Assembly (NCBI GenBank): GCA_040285825.1
Contig: JAUPSS010000001.1
Location: forward strand, 992,001 to 1,056,000
Reading direction: 5' to 3'
DNA: 64,000 bases
From: Eukaryota sp. TZLM1-RC
Lineage: Eukaryota; Protista; Metamonada: BaSk clade
Part shown: piece by piece, positions 12,268-23,289 of the stretch
How the letters are laid out: each line of letters starts with the position of its first letter
Position numbering within the stretch: position 1 is the stretch's first letter
Translations under genes and position numbers: made by a program
The notes under the pieces: model-generated
Told to the model about the DNA's origin: nothing
Seen by the model: the letters and a program-made list of their open reading frames with translations, nothing else
Databases searched by the model: none

Positions 12268-15200
12268 TTTGACTTTGTGAATCGCTTTTCAGAGAAAATT
12301 CATCTCATTGAAAACTGTGCCAGCTCTTATCTTATTTCTTTGCAACAGGAAATTGAAATTCTTTCACCAAATATCTGGTCTAAGTGTTTTCCCTCTGATA
12401 CTGTGGAACTTCCTTCATGAAGCTTGCTCTACTTACCCCTGACTTTTGCAAAATTGTAGAAAAAAATTAAAAGTTTTAGAAAACTTGGATTATATTGTAC
12501 GTCTTAGCTTGGCTAAAGAAAAAAATCCCGTTTTTGCAAACTTTATGATTGATCTTGAAGACAGTTGCTCAAGTTGCCTAATCTCCCAAATTCCCAACAT
12601 TTATGGCCTTCGACTTAATGATCACCAATGGACCACTGCAATGAGAATGAGATGTTTTCTATGGCCTTGTTCTTTACCAAATGATTTAATTTGTCGCTGC
12701 AAGAGTGTTGTTACGCTTTCCCATATTTTAAACTGTAAGTATTTTATAACTTATCGCTCAATTGTTCATGACTCAGTTCGTGATCAATTATATGCCATGT
12801 GCAAAAGTTTCAATATAGAGGCATTTATTGAGCCACTAGTACGTAAGCTGTCTTCAGATCAAACTGATGATTCCTTTGGCAAAAGAAGGGCAGATTTAGT
12901 AGCTCCAGGGATCGATGGTGTTCTCAATGTTGATTTTGTCAAATCGATTTTGTCAGGTATTTTGGGAAAATCGAAGAGCAACTTTTTGCTATTCAAAATC
13001 TTGAAATTGACGAACATTTAGCGTTTTCGGTCCTAAATGTATGCTTTGGATTAAAATTAATCACCTTCTTCGTTCTTCGTCCAATTGCAATTGGAGAATC
13101 GTTTTCAAGAATTCTTGCGTCTCTTGTTTTCAATAGAATTGGGAAAAAAGCCAAGAAATTTTTCAGTCCGTTTCAATTTGGAATCAAGACAATTGATGGT
13201 GCTTCTTCTGCTGCTCTTTCGTCGGATGTGTTTTTTAATTCTAGTGATTCTAATTACATCTTCAATTTAGATTTTAAGAATGCTTTCAATTCTGTATCTC
13301 GTTCTTCCATTTTACCTTTGCTGCAAAAACATTTTCCTGAAGTTGAGCCTTTTTTCTATTCATTTTATGGAAAATCATCCACATTGGTCTATGAAAACTT
13401 TGACCTGCTTTCGTCTTCAGGTGTTAAACAAGGTGATCCACTTGGTCCTTTTTTCTTTTGTCTGGCAATTCATCCATTAATGTGCGAATTGAAAGAAAAA
13501 TTCCCAGAATTAGATATTGCAGCATATATGGATGACATTTCTGTAATTGCTCCTATTACAATTCTGAAACAAATAGCAACTTTTATTCAACAGCGTTATG
13601 AAGATATTGGTCTCTCATTGAATGTCTCCAAATGTTTGATTATTGGCCATGAACCAATTGATTTTTTCATTAATGATGTCAATGTCTCCTTAATCAATTA
13701 TGATCAGTCTGGTTTTCGTTTTTTGTGTTGTTATCTCGGAAATATTGATGAAGTCAAAAACCAACTTTCGACTCTGTTGACTCAATTTGGAAATGAATTA
13801 GAATCAATAGAAAATTTAAATATTGAGAAACATTTGAAATTCTTTTGTCTAAAAATTTGATATTTTTGGAAAGTTTACTCATATTTTGAGATCAACATCA
13901 CCATCAATTTCTTTGGAGTTTTGTCGCCTTTTTAATGAACAAACAACCAATTTTTTTAGCAAAATTATTGGAAATTGATGCATCTCAATTACGAAGACCC
14001 ATTTTTTGTGGTACAAATTTTGGTGGTGTTGATTTCCATAAATCAAGCTACCTTTGTAAAAGCTGCCTTTATAGGAGTTGGTAAAAATTTTATTTAAGAA
14101 TTTGTGAATCGTTTTCTCGAAAAAATTGATCTCATTGAAAATTGTGGCAGCTTTTTATCTTATTTCTTTGCAACAGAAAATTGAAAATCTTTCACCCAAT
14201 ATTTGGTCTAAATATTTCCCCTCTGTTATTGTGGAACTTCCTCCAAAAAGCTTGCTCTCCCTACCACTGACTTTTTGCAAAATTGTAGAAAAAAATTAAA
14301 AGTTTTAGAAAACTTGGATTATATTGTACGTCTTAGCTTGGCTAAAGAAAAAAATCCCGTTTTTGCAAACTTTATGATTGATCTTGAAGACAGTTGCTCA
14401 AGTTGCCTAATCTCCCAAATTCCCAACATTTATGGCCTTCGACTTAATGATCACCAATGGACCACTGCAATGAGAATGAGATGTTTTCTATGGCCTTGTT
14501 CTTTTACCAAATGATTTAATTTGTCGCTGCAAGAGTGTTGTTACGCTTTCCCATATTTTAAACTGTAAGTATTTTATAACTTATCGCTCAATTGTTCATG
14601 ACTCAGTTCGTGATCAATTATATGCCATGTGCAAAAGTTTCAATATAGAGGCATTTATTGAGCCACTAGTACGTAAGCTGTCTTCAGATCAAACTGATGA
14701 TTCCTTTGGCAAAAGAAGGGCAGATTTAGTAGCTCCAGGGATCGATGGTGTTCTCAATGTTGATTTTGTCAAATCGATTTTGTCAGGTATTTTGGGAAAA
14801 TCGAAGAGCAACTTTTTGCTATTCAAAATCTTGAAATTGACGAACATTTAGCGTTTTCGGTCCTAAATGTATGCTTTGGATTAAAATTAATCACCTTCTT
14901 CGTTCTTCGTCCAATTGCAATTGGAGAATCGTTTTCAAGAATTCTTGCGTCTCTTGTTTTCAATAGAATTGGGAAAAAAGCCAAGAAATTTTTCAGTCCG
15001 TTTCAATTTGGAATCAAGACAATTGATGGTGCTTCTTCTGCTGCTCTTTCGTCGGATGTGTTTTTTAATTCTAGTGATTCTAATTACATCTTCAATTTAG
15101 ATTTTAAGAATGCTTTCAATTCTGTATCTCGTTCTTCCATTTTACCTTTGCTGCAAAAACATTTTCCTGCAGTTGAGCCTTTTTTCTATTCATTTTATGG

Positions 15201-18200
15201 AAAATCATCCACATTGGTCTATGAAAACTTTGACCTGCTTTCGTCTTCAGGTGTTAAACAAGGTGATCCACTTGGTCCTTTTTTCTTTTGTCTGGCAATT
15301 CATCCATTAATGTGCGAATTGAAAGAAAAATTCCCAGAATTAGATATTGCAGCATATATGGATGACATTTCTGTAATTGCTCCAATTACAATTCTGAAAC
15401 AAATAGCAACTTTTATTCAACAGCGTTATGAAGATATTGGTCTCTCATTGAATGTCTCCAAATGTTTGATTATTGGCCATGAACCAATTGATTTTTTCAT
15501 TAATGATGTCAATGTCTCCTTAATCAATTATGATCAGTCTGGTTTTCGTTTTTTGTGTTGTTATCTCGGAAATATTGATGAAGTCAAAAACCAACTTTCG
15601 ACTCTGTTGACTCAATTTGGAAATGAATTAGAATCAATAGAAAATTTAAATATTGAGAAACATTTGAAATTCTTTTGTCTAAAAATTTGATATTTTGGAA
15701 AGTTTACTCATATTTTGAGATCAACATCACCATCAATTTCTTTGGAGTTTTGTCGCCTTTTTAATGAACAAACAACCAATTTTTTAGCAAAATTATTGGA
15801 AATTGATGCATCTCAATTACGAAGACCCATTTTTTGTGGTACAAATTTTGGTGGTGTTGATTTCCATAAATCAAGCTACCTTTGTAAAGCTGCCTTTATA
15901 GGAGTTGGTAAAAATTTTATTTAAGAATTTGTGAATCGTTTTCTCGAAAAAATTGATCTCATTGAAAATTGTGGCAGCTTTTATCTTATTTCTTTGCAAC
16001 AGAAAATTGAAAATCTTTCACCCAATATTTGGTCTAAATATTTCCCCTCTGTTATTGTGGAACTTCCTCCAAAAAGCTTGCTCTCCCTACCACTGACTTT
16101 TGCAAAATTGTAGAAAAAAATTAAAAGTTTAAGAAAACTTGGATTATATTGTACGTCTTAGCTTGGCTAAAGAAAAAAAATCCCGTTTTTGCAAACTTTA
16201 TGATTGATCTTGAAGACAGTTGCTCAAGTTGCCTAATCTCCCAAATTCCCAACATTTATGGCCTTCGACTTAATGATCACCAATGGACCACTGCAATGAG
16301 AATGAGATGTTTTCTATGGCCTTGTTCTTTACCAAATGATTTAATTTGTCGCTGCAAGAGTGTTGTTACGCTTTCCCATATTTTAAACTGTAAGTATTTT
16401 ATAACTTATCGCTCAATTGTTCATGACTCAGTTCGTGATCAATTATATGCCATGTGCAAAAGTTTCAATATAGAGGCATTTATTGAGCCACTAGTACGTA
16501 AGCTGTCTTCAGATCAAACTGATGATTCCTTTGGCAAAAGAAGGGCAGATTTAGTAGCTCCAGGGATCGATGGTGTTCTCAATGTTGATTTTGTCAAATC
16601 GATTTTGTCAGGTATTTTGGGAAAATCGAAGAGCAACTTTTGCTATTCAAAATCTTGAAATTGACGAACATTTAGCGTTTTCGGTCCTAAATGTATGCTT
16701 TGGATTAAAATTAATCACCTTCTTCGATCTTCGTCCAATTGCAATTGGAGAATCGTTTTCAAGAATTCTTGCGTCTCTTGTTTTCAATAGAATTGGGAAA
16801 AAAGCCAAGAAATTTTTCAGTCCGTTTCAATTTGGAATCAAGACAATTGATGGTGCTTCTTCTGCTGCTCTTTCGTCGGATGTGTTTTTTAATTCTAGTG
16901 ATTCTAATTACATCTTCAATTTAGATTTTAAGAATGCTTTCAATTCTGTATCTCGTTCTTCCATTTTACCTTTGCTGCAAAAACATTTTCCTGAAGTTGA
17001 GCCTTTTTTCTATTCATTTTATGGAAAATCATCCACATTGGTCTATGAAAACTTTGACCTGCTTTCGTCTTCAGGTGTTAAACAAGGTGATCCACTTGGT
17101 CCTTTTTTCTTTTGTCTGGCAATTCATCCATTAATGTGCGAATTGAAAGAAAAATTCCCAGAATTAGATATTGCAGCATATATGGATGACATTTCTGTAA
17201 TTGCTCCTATTACAATTCTGAAACAAATAGCAACTTTTATTCAACAGCGTTATGAAGATATTGGTGTCTCATTGAATATCTTCAAATGTTTGATTATTGG
17301 CCATGAACCAATTGATTTTTTCATTAATGATGTCAATGTCTCCTTAATCAATTATGATCAGTCTGGTTTTCGTTTTTTGTGTTGTTATCTCGGAAATATT
17401 GATGAAGTCAAAAACCAACTTTCGACTCTGTTGACTCAATTTGGAAATGAAGTAGAATCAATAGAAAATTTAAATATTGAGAAACATTTGAAATTCTTTT
17501 GTCTAAAAATTTGATATTTTGGAAAGTTTACTCATATTTTGAGATCAACATCACCATCAATTTCTTTTGGAGTTTTGTCGCCTTTTTAATGAACAAACAA
17601 CCAATTTTTTTAGCAAAATTATTGGAAATTGATGCATCTCAATTACGAAGACCCATTTTTTGTGGTACAAATTTTGGTGGTGTTGATTTCCATAAATCAA
17701 GCTACCTTTGTAAAGCTGCCTTTATAGGAGTTGGTAAAAATTTTATTTAAGAATTTGTGAATCGTTTTCTCGAAAAAATTGATCTCATTGAAAATTGTGG
17801 CAGCTTTGATCTTATTTCTTTGCAACAGAAAATTGAAAATCTTTCACCCAATATTTGGTCTAAATATTTCCCCTCTGTTATTGTGGAACTTCCTCCAAAA
17901 AGCTTGCTCTCCCTACCACTGACTTTTGCAAAATTGCAGAAAAAAATCTTGAAAGTTTTAGAAAACTTGGATTATATTGTACGTCGTAGCTTGGCTAAAG
18001 AAAAAAAATCCCGTTTTTGCAAACTTTATGATTGATCTTGAAGACAGTTGCTCAAGTTGCCTAATCTCCCAAATTCCCAACATTTATGGCCTTCGACTTA
18101 ATGATCACCAATGGACCACTGCAATGAGAATGAGATGTTTTGTATGGCCTTGTTCTTTACCAGATGATTTAATTCGTCGCTGAAAAAATGTGGTTATACT

Positions 18201-18870
18201 TTCCCATATTTTAAACTGCAAGTATTTTATAACTTTTCGCTCGATTGTTCATGATTCAGTTCGTGATCAATTATATGATATGTGACTAAGTTTCAGTCTT
18301 GGGGCATTTATTGAACCTTTAGTACGTAAGCTATGTCTAGATCAAACTGATGATTCCTTTGGTAAAATGAGGGCAGATTTAGTAGCTCCCGGTGGTGTTC
18401 TCAACGTTGTGGATGATGTTTAAGTAGATTTCTGCAAAAATTCTGCTGCTCGTTTGGTGTATTTCGCTGATTCGGCACTATCTAACGCCGACAAAAGAAA
18501 ATAAACAAATATGAAGAACCATTGGCACGGTTAGGTAGAGTTGAACATGTGAAATACCAGTTTGTGCCGTTTGCTATTTCTCTTTTTGGCAATGTTGTGC
18601 CTCAGGACTGCATTTTTCTTGATTATTTTAAGCCATTTTTACTAACTAAATTTCTTCAAAAATGAATTTTTACTTTCTGGTTAAATGGAACTGTTTTTTG
18701 AATTTTCAAGTCTATTTCAACAATGATTTTTAAAGCTCTTTTACCAATTGGTGAAGAATATGAAAGAAAAGCTGTGAGTAGGTTTAGTAATAATGATGCT
18801 TGTTTGGAGGATATTGATTATTAGACTGAATTCTGGTTTAATGAAAAAACAGTTTACAAAAAAATAATGA
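12268..18870 (+). mobile_element. Tandem array (about 3.5 units of ~1.83 kb) of an inactivated CRE-like RT-RLE non-LTR retrotransposon
   Basis: RT motifs RPIAIGE, QFGI, LDFKNAFNSVSR, GVKQGDPLGP, AYMDD; CxC..H..C zinc finger; HDSVRD; RRADL. Equivalent positions recur at 13228/15058 and 14915/16739. Only the last unit has the complete endonuclease C-terminus and an A-rich tail. Confidence 0.95.
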
Positions 18871-18927
18871 AGACAATTTTTAGTTTTACGATGGTCTTGT
18901 AAACCATCCTTAATTTCGTGACTGTTG

Positions 18928-19001
18928 TCTCCTGTGGCGTAGTGGCTTAACGCATCAGTCTTATGTACTGAGGATCGCGGGTTCGATCCCCGCCAGGAGA
19001 A
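18928..19001 (+). tRNA. tRNA-Ile (anticodon UAU), identical to 11963-12036
   Basis: Same 74-nt cloverleaf, followed by a TTTTT Pol III terminator at 19006-19010. Confidence 0.95.
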
Positions 19002-19128
19002 ATTATTTTTAAACAATGAGTAATCCGCATTGAATCCAAAAGCCTCTTTTGAGAGCAAAGCACTTTAAGTCAATTTTTTCAATGCTGGAAAAAATCATTT
19101 TTCCAAAAATCTGTAAAGAAATTGAGTA

Positions 19129-19659
19129 TTGCAGATGCATCCATGTGGATTGTGCAGTACAAAAAGGCAAAATATTTGTATATCCAATTGGGGAACAATT
19201 ACTAAAGATAGCCCAACATTTATTGAACTTCTTGAATGCAATACAACCTCCATTTCTGAAACCAAAAACAAAAATACATCACTTTTGAACCTTTTGAGGT
19301 TAGCGTGTTTTACATCAAATAATGATTTTGCTTATATTGGATATTTAGCATCATTATTTGAACATTCAATTGATAAAGAAATATTTATTCAATCACGTGA
19401 TGCAGAAACATTATGTGGCTTATATAATCCTAATGTTGATGGAAATCATGATGATGGTTCGAATGATACAAATAATGAATCAGGTGATGAACGAGATGAA
19501 GATTTTGAAAAATATACTTCAACAATAACTAAGGTTGAATATTTCGAAGTGGAACAACAACCTAATATTGAAAGTATTACTGATGATGACATTCTTATTG
19601 GAAAAATCCTGATGATATTGTTTGATAGTGAAGTTGAACATAAAATCAGTAATTATTAA
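19129..19659 (+). CDS. Hypothetical ORF or gene remnant with an acidic low-complexity segment
   Basis: 176-codon ORF in AT-rich DNA; overlapping short ORFs suggest a decayed gene. No domain recognised. Confidence 0.3.
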   Translation: MQMHPCGLCSTKRQNICISNWGTITKDSPTFIELLECNTTSISETKNKNTSLLNLLRLACFTSNNDFAYIGYLASLFEHSIDKEIFIQSRDAETLCGLYNPNVDGNHDDGSNDTNNESGDERDEDFEKYTSTITKVEYFEVEQQPNIESITDDDILIGKILMILFDSEVEHKISNY

Positions 19660-20355
19660 TGAACTTTTTAATAAGTTCAGAGAATCAAATTTTATTCATA
19701 AAGATGATTTAGATATCATATTAGAATCTATCGATGGCTTTGTTGAAAGACTTAATTAAGAAACGAGTTCACGAGTTCACTTTATGCATCTGCATAAAGT
19801 ATGATGAAATGTCTTTGAGTGAATCACATCCTTTATTGAAGTGTCTCGATAATATGGTGCAATAATTACCTATTGATTTTGTAGTTCAAAATTTCAGTAT
19901 CTTCAAGGGTTAGAAGAAATTTGATTTGGTAAATTCATTGAAATCTGGAGCCCAGACCACTTCGATTTTCATCCATACGATTTTCTATTGAGTGGGTTAC
20001 GGGATATATGAGCCTACTGCTGGGGCGGTGGATGCGTGGGAATAGAAAGTTGTTCGGGGAGGAGCTGTGGAAAGGCGTGATTGGCCGAAGCTTTGCTTGG
20101 AGGGAAGTCTTGGATTGTAATACACGGGTCCAGGTGTATGAAGTCTTTGCTTAAAGTGTCATTTTCATTATGAGGATTCTCATGTAGCACGATATGCCCA
20201 AAATTGAGTAATAAATGGTGGTCTAGATGGGGCACATATAGAATGTAACAAATATGTGAAATATGTTGTGTGAAATGGCACCTAGTAACGATGACCAAAG
20301 GGAAATAGAAATTATTCATTGTCAATTTTGGTAATTATCATATTTTCTCGCATTG

Positions 20356-20445
20356 CTCTCGTGCCCACATTGTTCAATGGATTTCAACGAGGAGTCTCGT
20401 GTACCACTGGTAGTTTGCAGTCAGCGCCATAGTGTATGCGGTGTA
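20356..20445 (+). pseudogene. Truncated RING-finger gene fragment
   Basis: Translates LSCPHCSMDFNEESRVPLVVCSQRHSVCG, the first half of a RING (C-x2-C...P...C-x3-H-x2-C). It lies 300 bp upstream of the intact RING-kinase gene. Confidence 0.6.
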
Positions 20446-20743
20446 ATTAACAATAATATAAAATCTTTATTGAACTGCGACCTTTAGTGAAATTGAATCA
20501 CCCAAGACAGTTTCTATACCATTTGATCTGCTTATATTTCAAAAATTCTTTATCGTGCGTGCTTAAGTCCTAAGTTTGCTGGAGTTGGCTTTTCAAAAGC
20601 AACATATTTATGCAGAAGTGCTTTCAGTGACAGCAGGAAAAATTGACACCATCTGTAAGGAAAATAAGATTTTGATATGGTTTTGAATCTCGGTTTTAAT
20701 CGCAAGCGAAGAGCCAACAAATTGTTTCATTTTCCTCGCTGCC

Positions 20744-22669
20744 ATGGTTGATCATCCTGATAGTTTCTTGTGTATGGTACACAGAGGGTTGCTCCTTGAG
20801 CCTCGTGCTCTTCCGTGTGGCCATTCCTTTTGCCTTTCGTGCATTGAGGAGTGGTTGGGTTTGAATCAAACCTGTCCTTCCTGCAGAACTGCAGTGTCTC
20901 TGCATGATGTTACACGAAACTATCAATTGGAAGATCTAATGCAGGATGTGCTGAAGCCATATGTTATCCAGTCGGCTGATCTAGCACAGTTATCTATCCT
21001 AAAGCGGGCACCTCGGGCCACGATCCACGCCGCGGAGCTGAATCAAAGAGAAGTAATCTGGAAGCAACCATACTTTTCTGCAGACGATGTTGAAGTTGTC
21101 CGTGAAGTTGTATCTCGTGTTTATCAAGTTTATCGAACGCTCAGTTCACCAACTCAGGTAGTGAGTGTTTTGGGTGTTACTCTTGATCCCCCTGGTATTG
21201 TTCAAGAATGTCTTTCATGTTCACTCCAAGATCTTTTTAACCAAAAGCGAGTCCTCAATCCAATGGAAGCTTTTCTCGTTATCGAAGAAGTATCCCAGGC
21301 TGTTTCGTGCTTTCACCTAGCTGGTTTTGTTCACCGTGATGTTTCTGCCGGAAATGTGTTACTCAAACTCCGTGGCAAGGCAATTGTATCTGCAAAACTG
21401 GGCGATTTCGATGACTCCAGGGCATGTGACGTCACCCTCACACAAATGATGTTAGGAACTGTCGCCTACATGGCTCCTGAAGTTCTATTTGGTGAATTAC
21501 GTAGAGCTCATTCTGAAGTAGACATCTTCTCTTTGGGTGTGCTCTTTTGGGGAATTTTAGCCGATACAGATCCTTCAAAAGTAGTTACGAATCCTGCTCA
21601 ACTACAGGTTAGTCGAATTTCTTCCCACGGTGCTGCACTGATTAATTTGGATAAGCTACCGACATTATGGAGGCCATTAATTGCAAGCATGGTTAGTCTT
21701 AAGGCTGAGAACCGTCCCAAAATTGAAAGTGTTCTTCAAGGTGTGCGAAATGCAAGATTAAACATTGAAGAATTGGATAGATACCAACTGCAGCCAGCCA
21801 ACTCTTCAATTGAATCCCTTCAGAAACAAATAACCGACCTTGAATCCATAAATCAACAACTCAACAGAATTTTGGAGGAACGTGATGCTGGAATTGCCAG
21901 GTTGGAAAAGGAAAAGAATGCTGTGGAGCAAGCCTACAATGCCACTTTTGCGCAGAAAAATGCCGAAATTGCCAACCTTAGATCTACCATTGATGAATCG
22001 GAAAAGCAAAATACTCTACTCAGTAGAACTAATTCTGATTTAGCAAGCAGAATTGCTGACCTTGAAGCGTTGTTGAAAGAGTGCCGTTGTAATCAACCTT
22101 TGAACAATATCGATGATCATCATCCTCCATCTAAGGAAGAAATTTTGGAAGACATCAAGTCGAATGTAAATTGGAATGGATTGGGGGATAAGGTGAAGAA
22201 GGTTGTTGAGGACTTGGTTAATGGTTCCACTCTGACTGAATTGAATCTTTGGTCCAACAACATTACCTCTGAAGGCGCTATTGCTCTCGCCCGTGCTCTG
22301 GAGAGCAATTCCACTCTGACTGAATTGGATCTTCAGTACAACAACATTACCTCTGAAGGCGCTATTGCTCTCGCCCGTGCTCTGGAGAGCAATTCCACTC
22401 TGACTGAATTGAATCTTATGGGCAACAATATTACCTCTGAAGGCGCTAGTGCTCTCGCCCGTGCTCTGGAGAGCAATTCCACTCTGACTGGATTGTATCT
22501 TGGGGACAACAACATTACCTCTGAAGGCGCTAGTGCTCTCGCCCGTGCTCTGGAGAGGAATTCCACTCTGACTGAATTGCATCTTGTGTCCAACGACATT
22601 AGCAATCCAACTAAATCCAAACTTCGACAAATAGCATCTAATCGTCCTTATCTTCAAATTTCCGTTTAA
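20744..22669 (+). CDS. RING finger - protein kinase - coiled coil - LRR (RI-like) protein
   Basis: LPCGHSFCLSC...CPSCR RING; HRDVSAGN, LGDFD, GTVAYMAPE and DIFSLG kinase motifs; coiled coil; C-terminal 28-aa LRRs (NSTLTELxLxxNNITSEGAxALARALE). Confidence 0.93.
   Translation: MVDHPDSFLCMVHRGLLLEPRALPCGHSFCLSCIEEWLGLNQTCPSCRTAVSLHDVTRNYQLEDLMQDVLKPYVIQSADLAQLSILKRAPRATIHAAELNQREVIWKQPYFSADDVEVVREVVSRVYQVYRTLSSPTQVVSVLGVTLDPPGIVQECLSCSLQDLFNQKRVLNPMEAFLVIEEVSQAVSCFHLAGFVHRDVSAGNVLLKLRGKAIVSAKLGDFDDSRACDVTLTQMMLGTVAYMAPEVLFGELRRAHSEVDIFSLGVLFWGILADTDPSKVVTNPAQLQVSRISSHGAALINLDKLPTLWRPLIASMVSLKAENRPKIESVLQGVRNARLNIEELDRYQLQPANSSIESLQKQITDLESINQQLNRILEERDAGIARLEKEKNAVEQAYNATFAQKNAEIANLRSTIDESEKQNTLLSRTNSDLASRIADLEALLKECRCNQPLNNIDDHHPPSKEEILEDIKSNVNWNGLGDKVKKVVEDLVNGSTLTELNLWSNNITSEGAIALARALESNSTLTELDLQYNNITSEGAIALARALESNSTLTELNLMGNNITSEGASALARALESNSTLTGLYLGDNNITSEGASALARALERNSTLTELHLVSNDISNPTKSKLRQIASNRPYLQISV
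22222..22600 (+). repeat. 84-bp tandem repeat encoding 28-aa LRR units (about 4.5 copies)
   Basis: Near-identical TTCCACTCTGACTGAATTG...AACATTACCTCTGAAGGCGCTA.TGCTCTCGCCCGTGCTCTGGAGAG units spaced 84 bp apart. Confidence 0.95.
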
Positions 22670-22779
22670 TAAACACATTTTAATCACTTTTTTCATCAAC
22701 ACAAAACCAACTAAAAAATTCTCCAACACCAATACAAATCAAAACCCAATATAAACTGGAAAAAACAACATAACCAACT

Positions 22780-22964
22780 GCCAACATCGTAGTCCAGTGG
22801 GTTTGCTCTTCGTTCTCTGCTTTGGCAACAGGGTTCGAATCCTATCAGCTGCACTTCTGGCAAAAGGGGACCCCAAAGTGGGAGCCAGCGTTTCCTTTCC
22901 CACTTTCCGGGTCTGACTGCATGGTGCTTGATCAATGAGGGTGATTCTGAAGATTGGGCATTTT
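22780..22964 (+). ncRNA. Candidate structured Pol III ncRNA or tRNA-derived SINE of unknown class
   Basis: A-box-like TAGTCCAGTGG (22790-22800), B box GGTTCGAATCC (22832-22842), hairpin GACCC-c-AAAGTGGGA...TCCCACTTT-cc-GGGTC and a TTTT end, forming a GC-rich island in AT-rich intergenic DNA. Confidence 0.45.
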
Positions 22965-23289
22965 CGGTATTTGTGGATCTTGATTTTGTGTATTAATCGC
23001 CAAAACTTCCTTTAATCGCCAAAACACGTGAAAAGAGTAAAATTAAAGAGTACAACGTACCCTTAACGCAGCTAGGATGTGTTGCGCATGTTAAGTATTA
23101 TTTTACAATTCTTATGACTCACAGCAAACGCTTATCAAAAAAGATTGTAATTTCATATCATCTGGTGTCAATAAGATTATCCGTTGTGTCCTATCTTTTT
23201 CTGCTTTGCTATTCATCCTTTAATGAATGAATTAATACAAGAATTTCAAGCAATTTAAATTACTGCTTATATAAATGAAATTTTAATTA

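Noticed and set aside
13858-13860. UGA recoded as Cys (alternative genetic code), suggested by the shared TGA in retroelement copies
   Set aside because: Host genes here end at TGA at sensible C-termini (SMC at 40410, kinase-LRR at 34111), and no conserved host gene needs TGA read-through.
11963-19001. The two tRNA-Ile copies as a giant target-site duplication of the array
   Set aside because: Identity is confined to the 74-nt gene plus one base, the flanks differ, and neither copy directly abuts the element.
22040-22732. Long antisense ORF over the LRR repeat, and similar shadow ORFs over BiP, NOG2, SMC and Trk
   Set aside because: These are by-products of repeats or codon bias on the opposite coding strand, with no independent motifs.
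22993-23025. 14-bp direct repeat TTAATCGCCAAAAC (E2F-like on the minus strand)
   Set aside because: No adjacent gene start or element boundary to link it to; probably a local micro-duplication.
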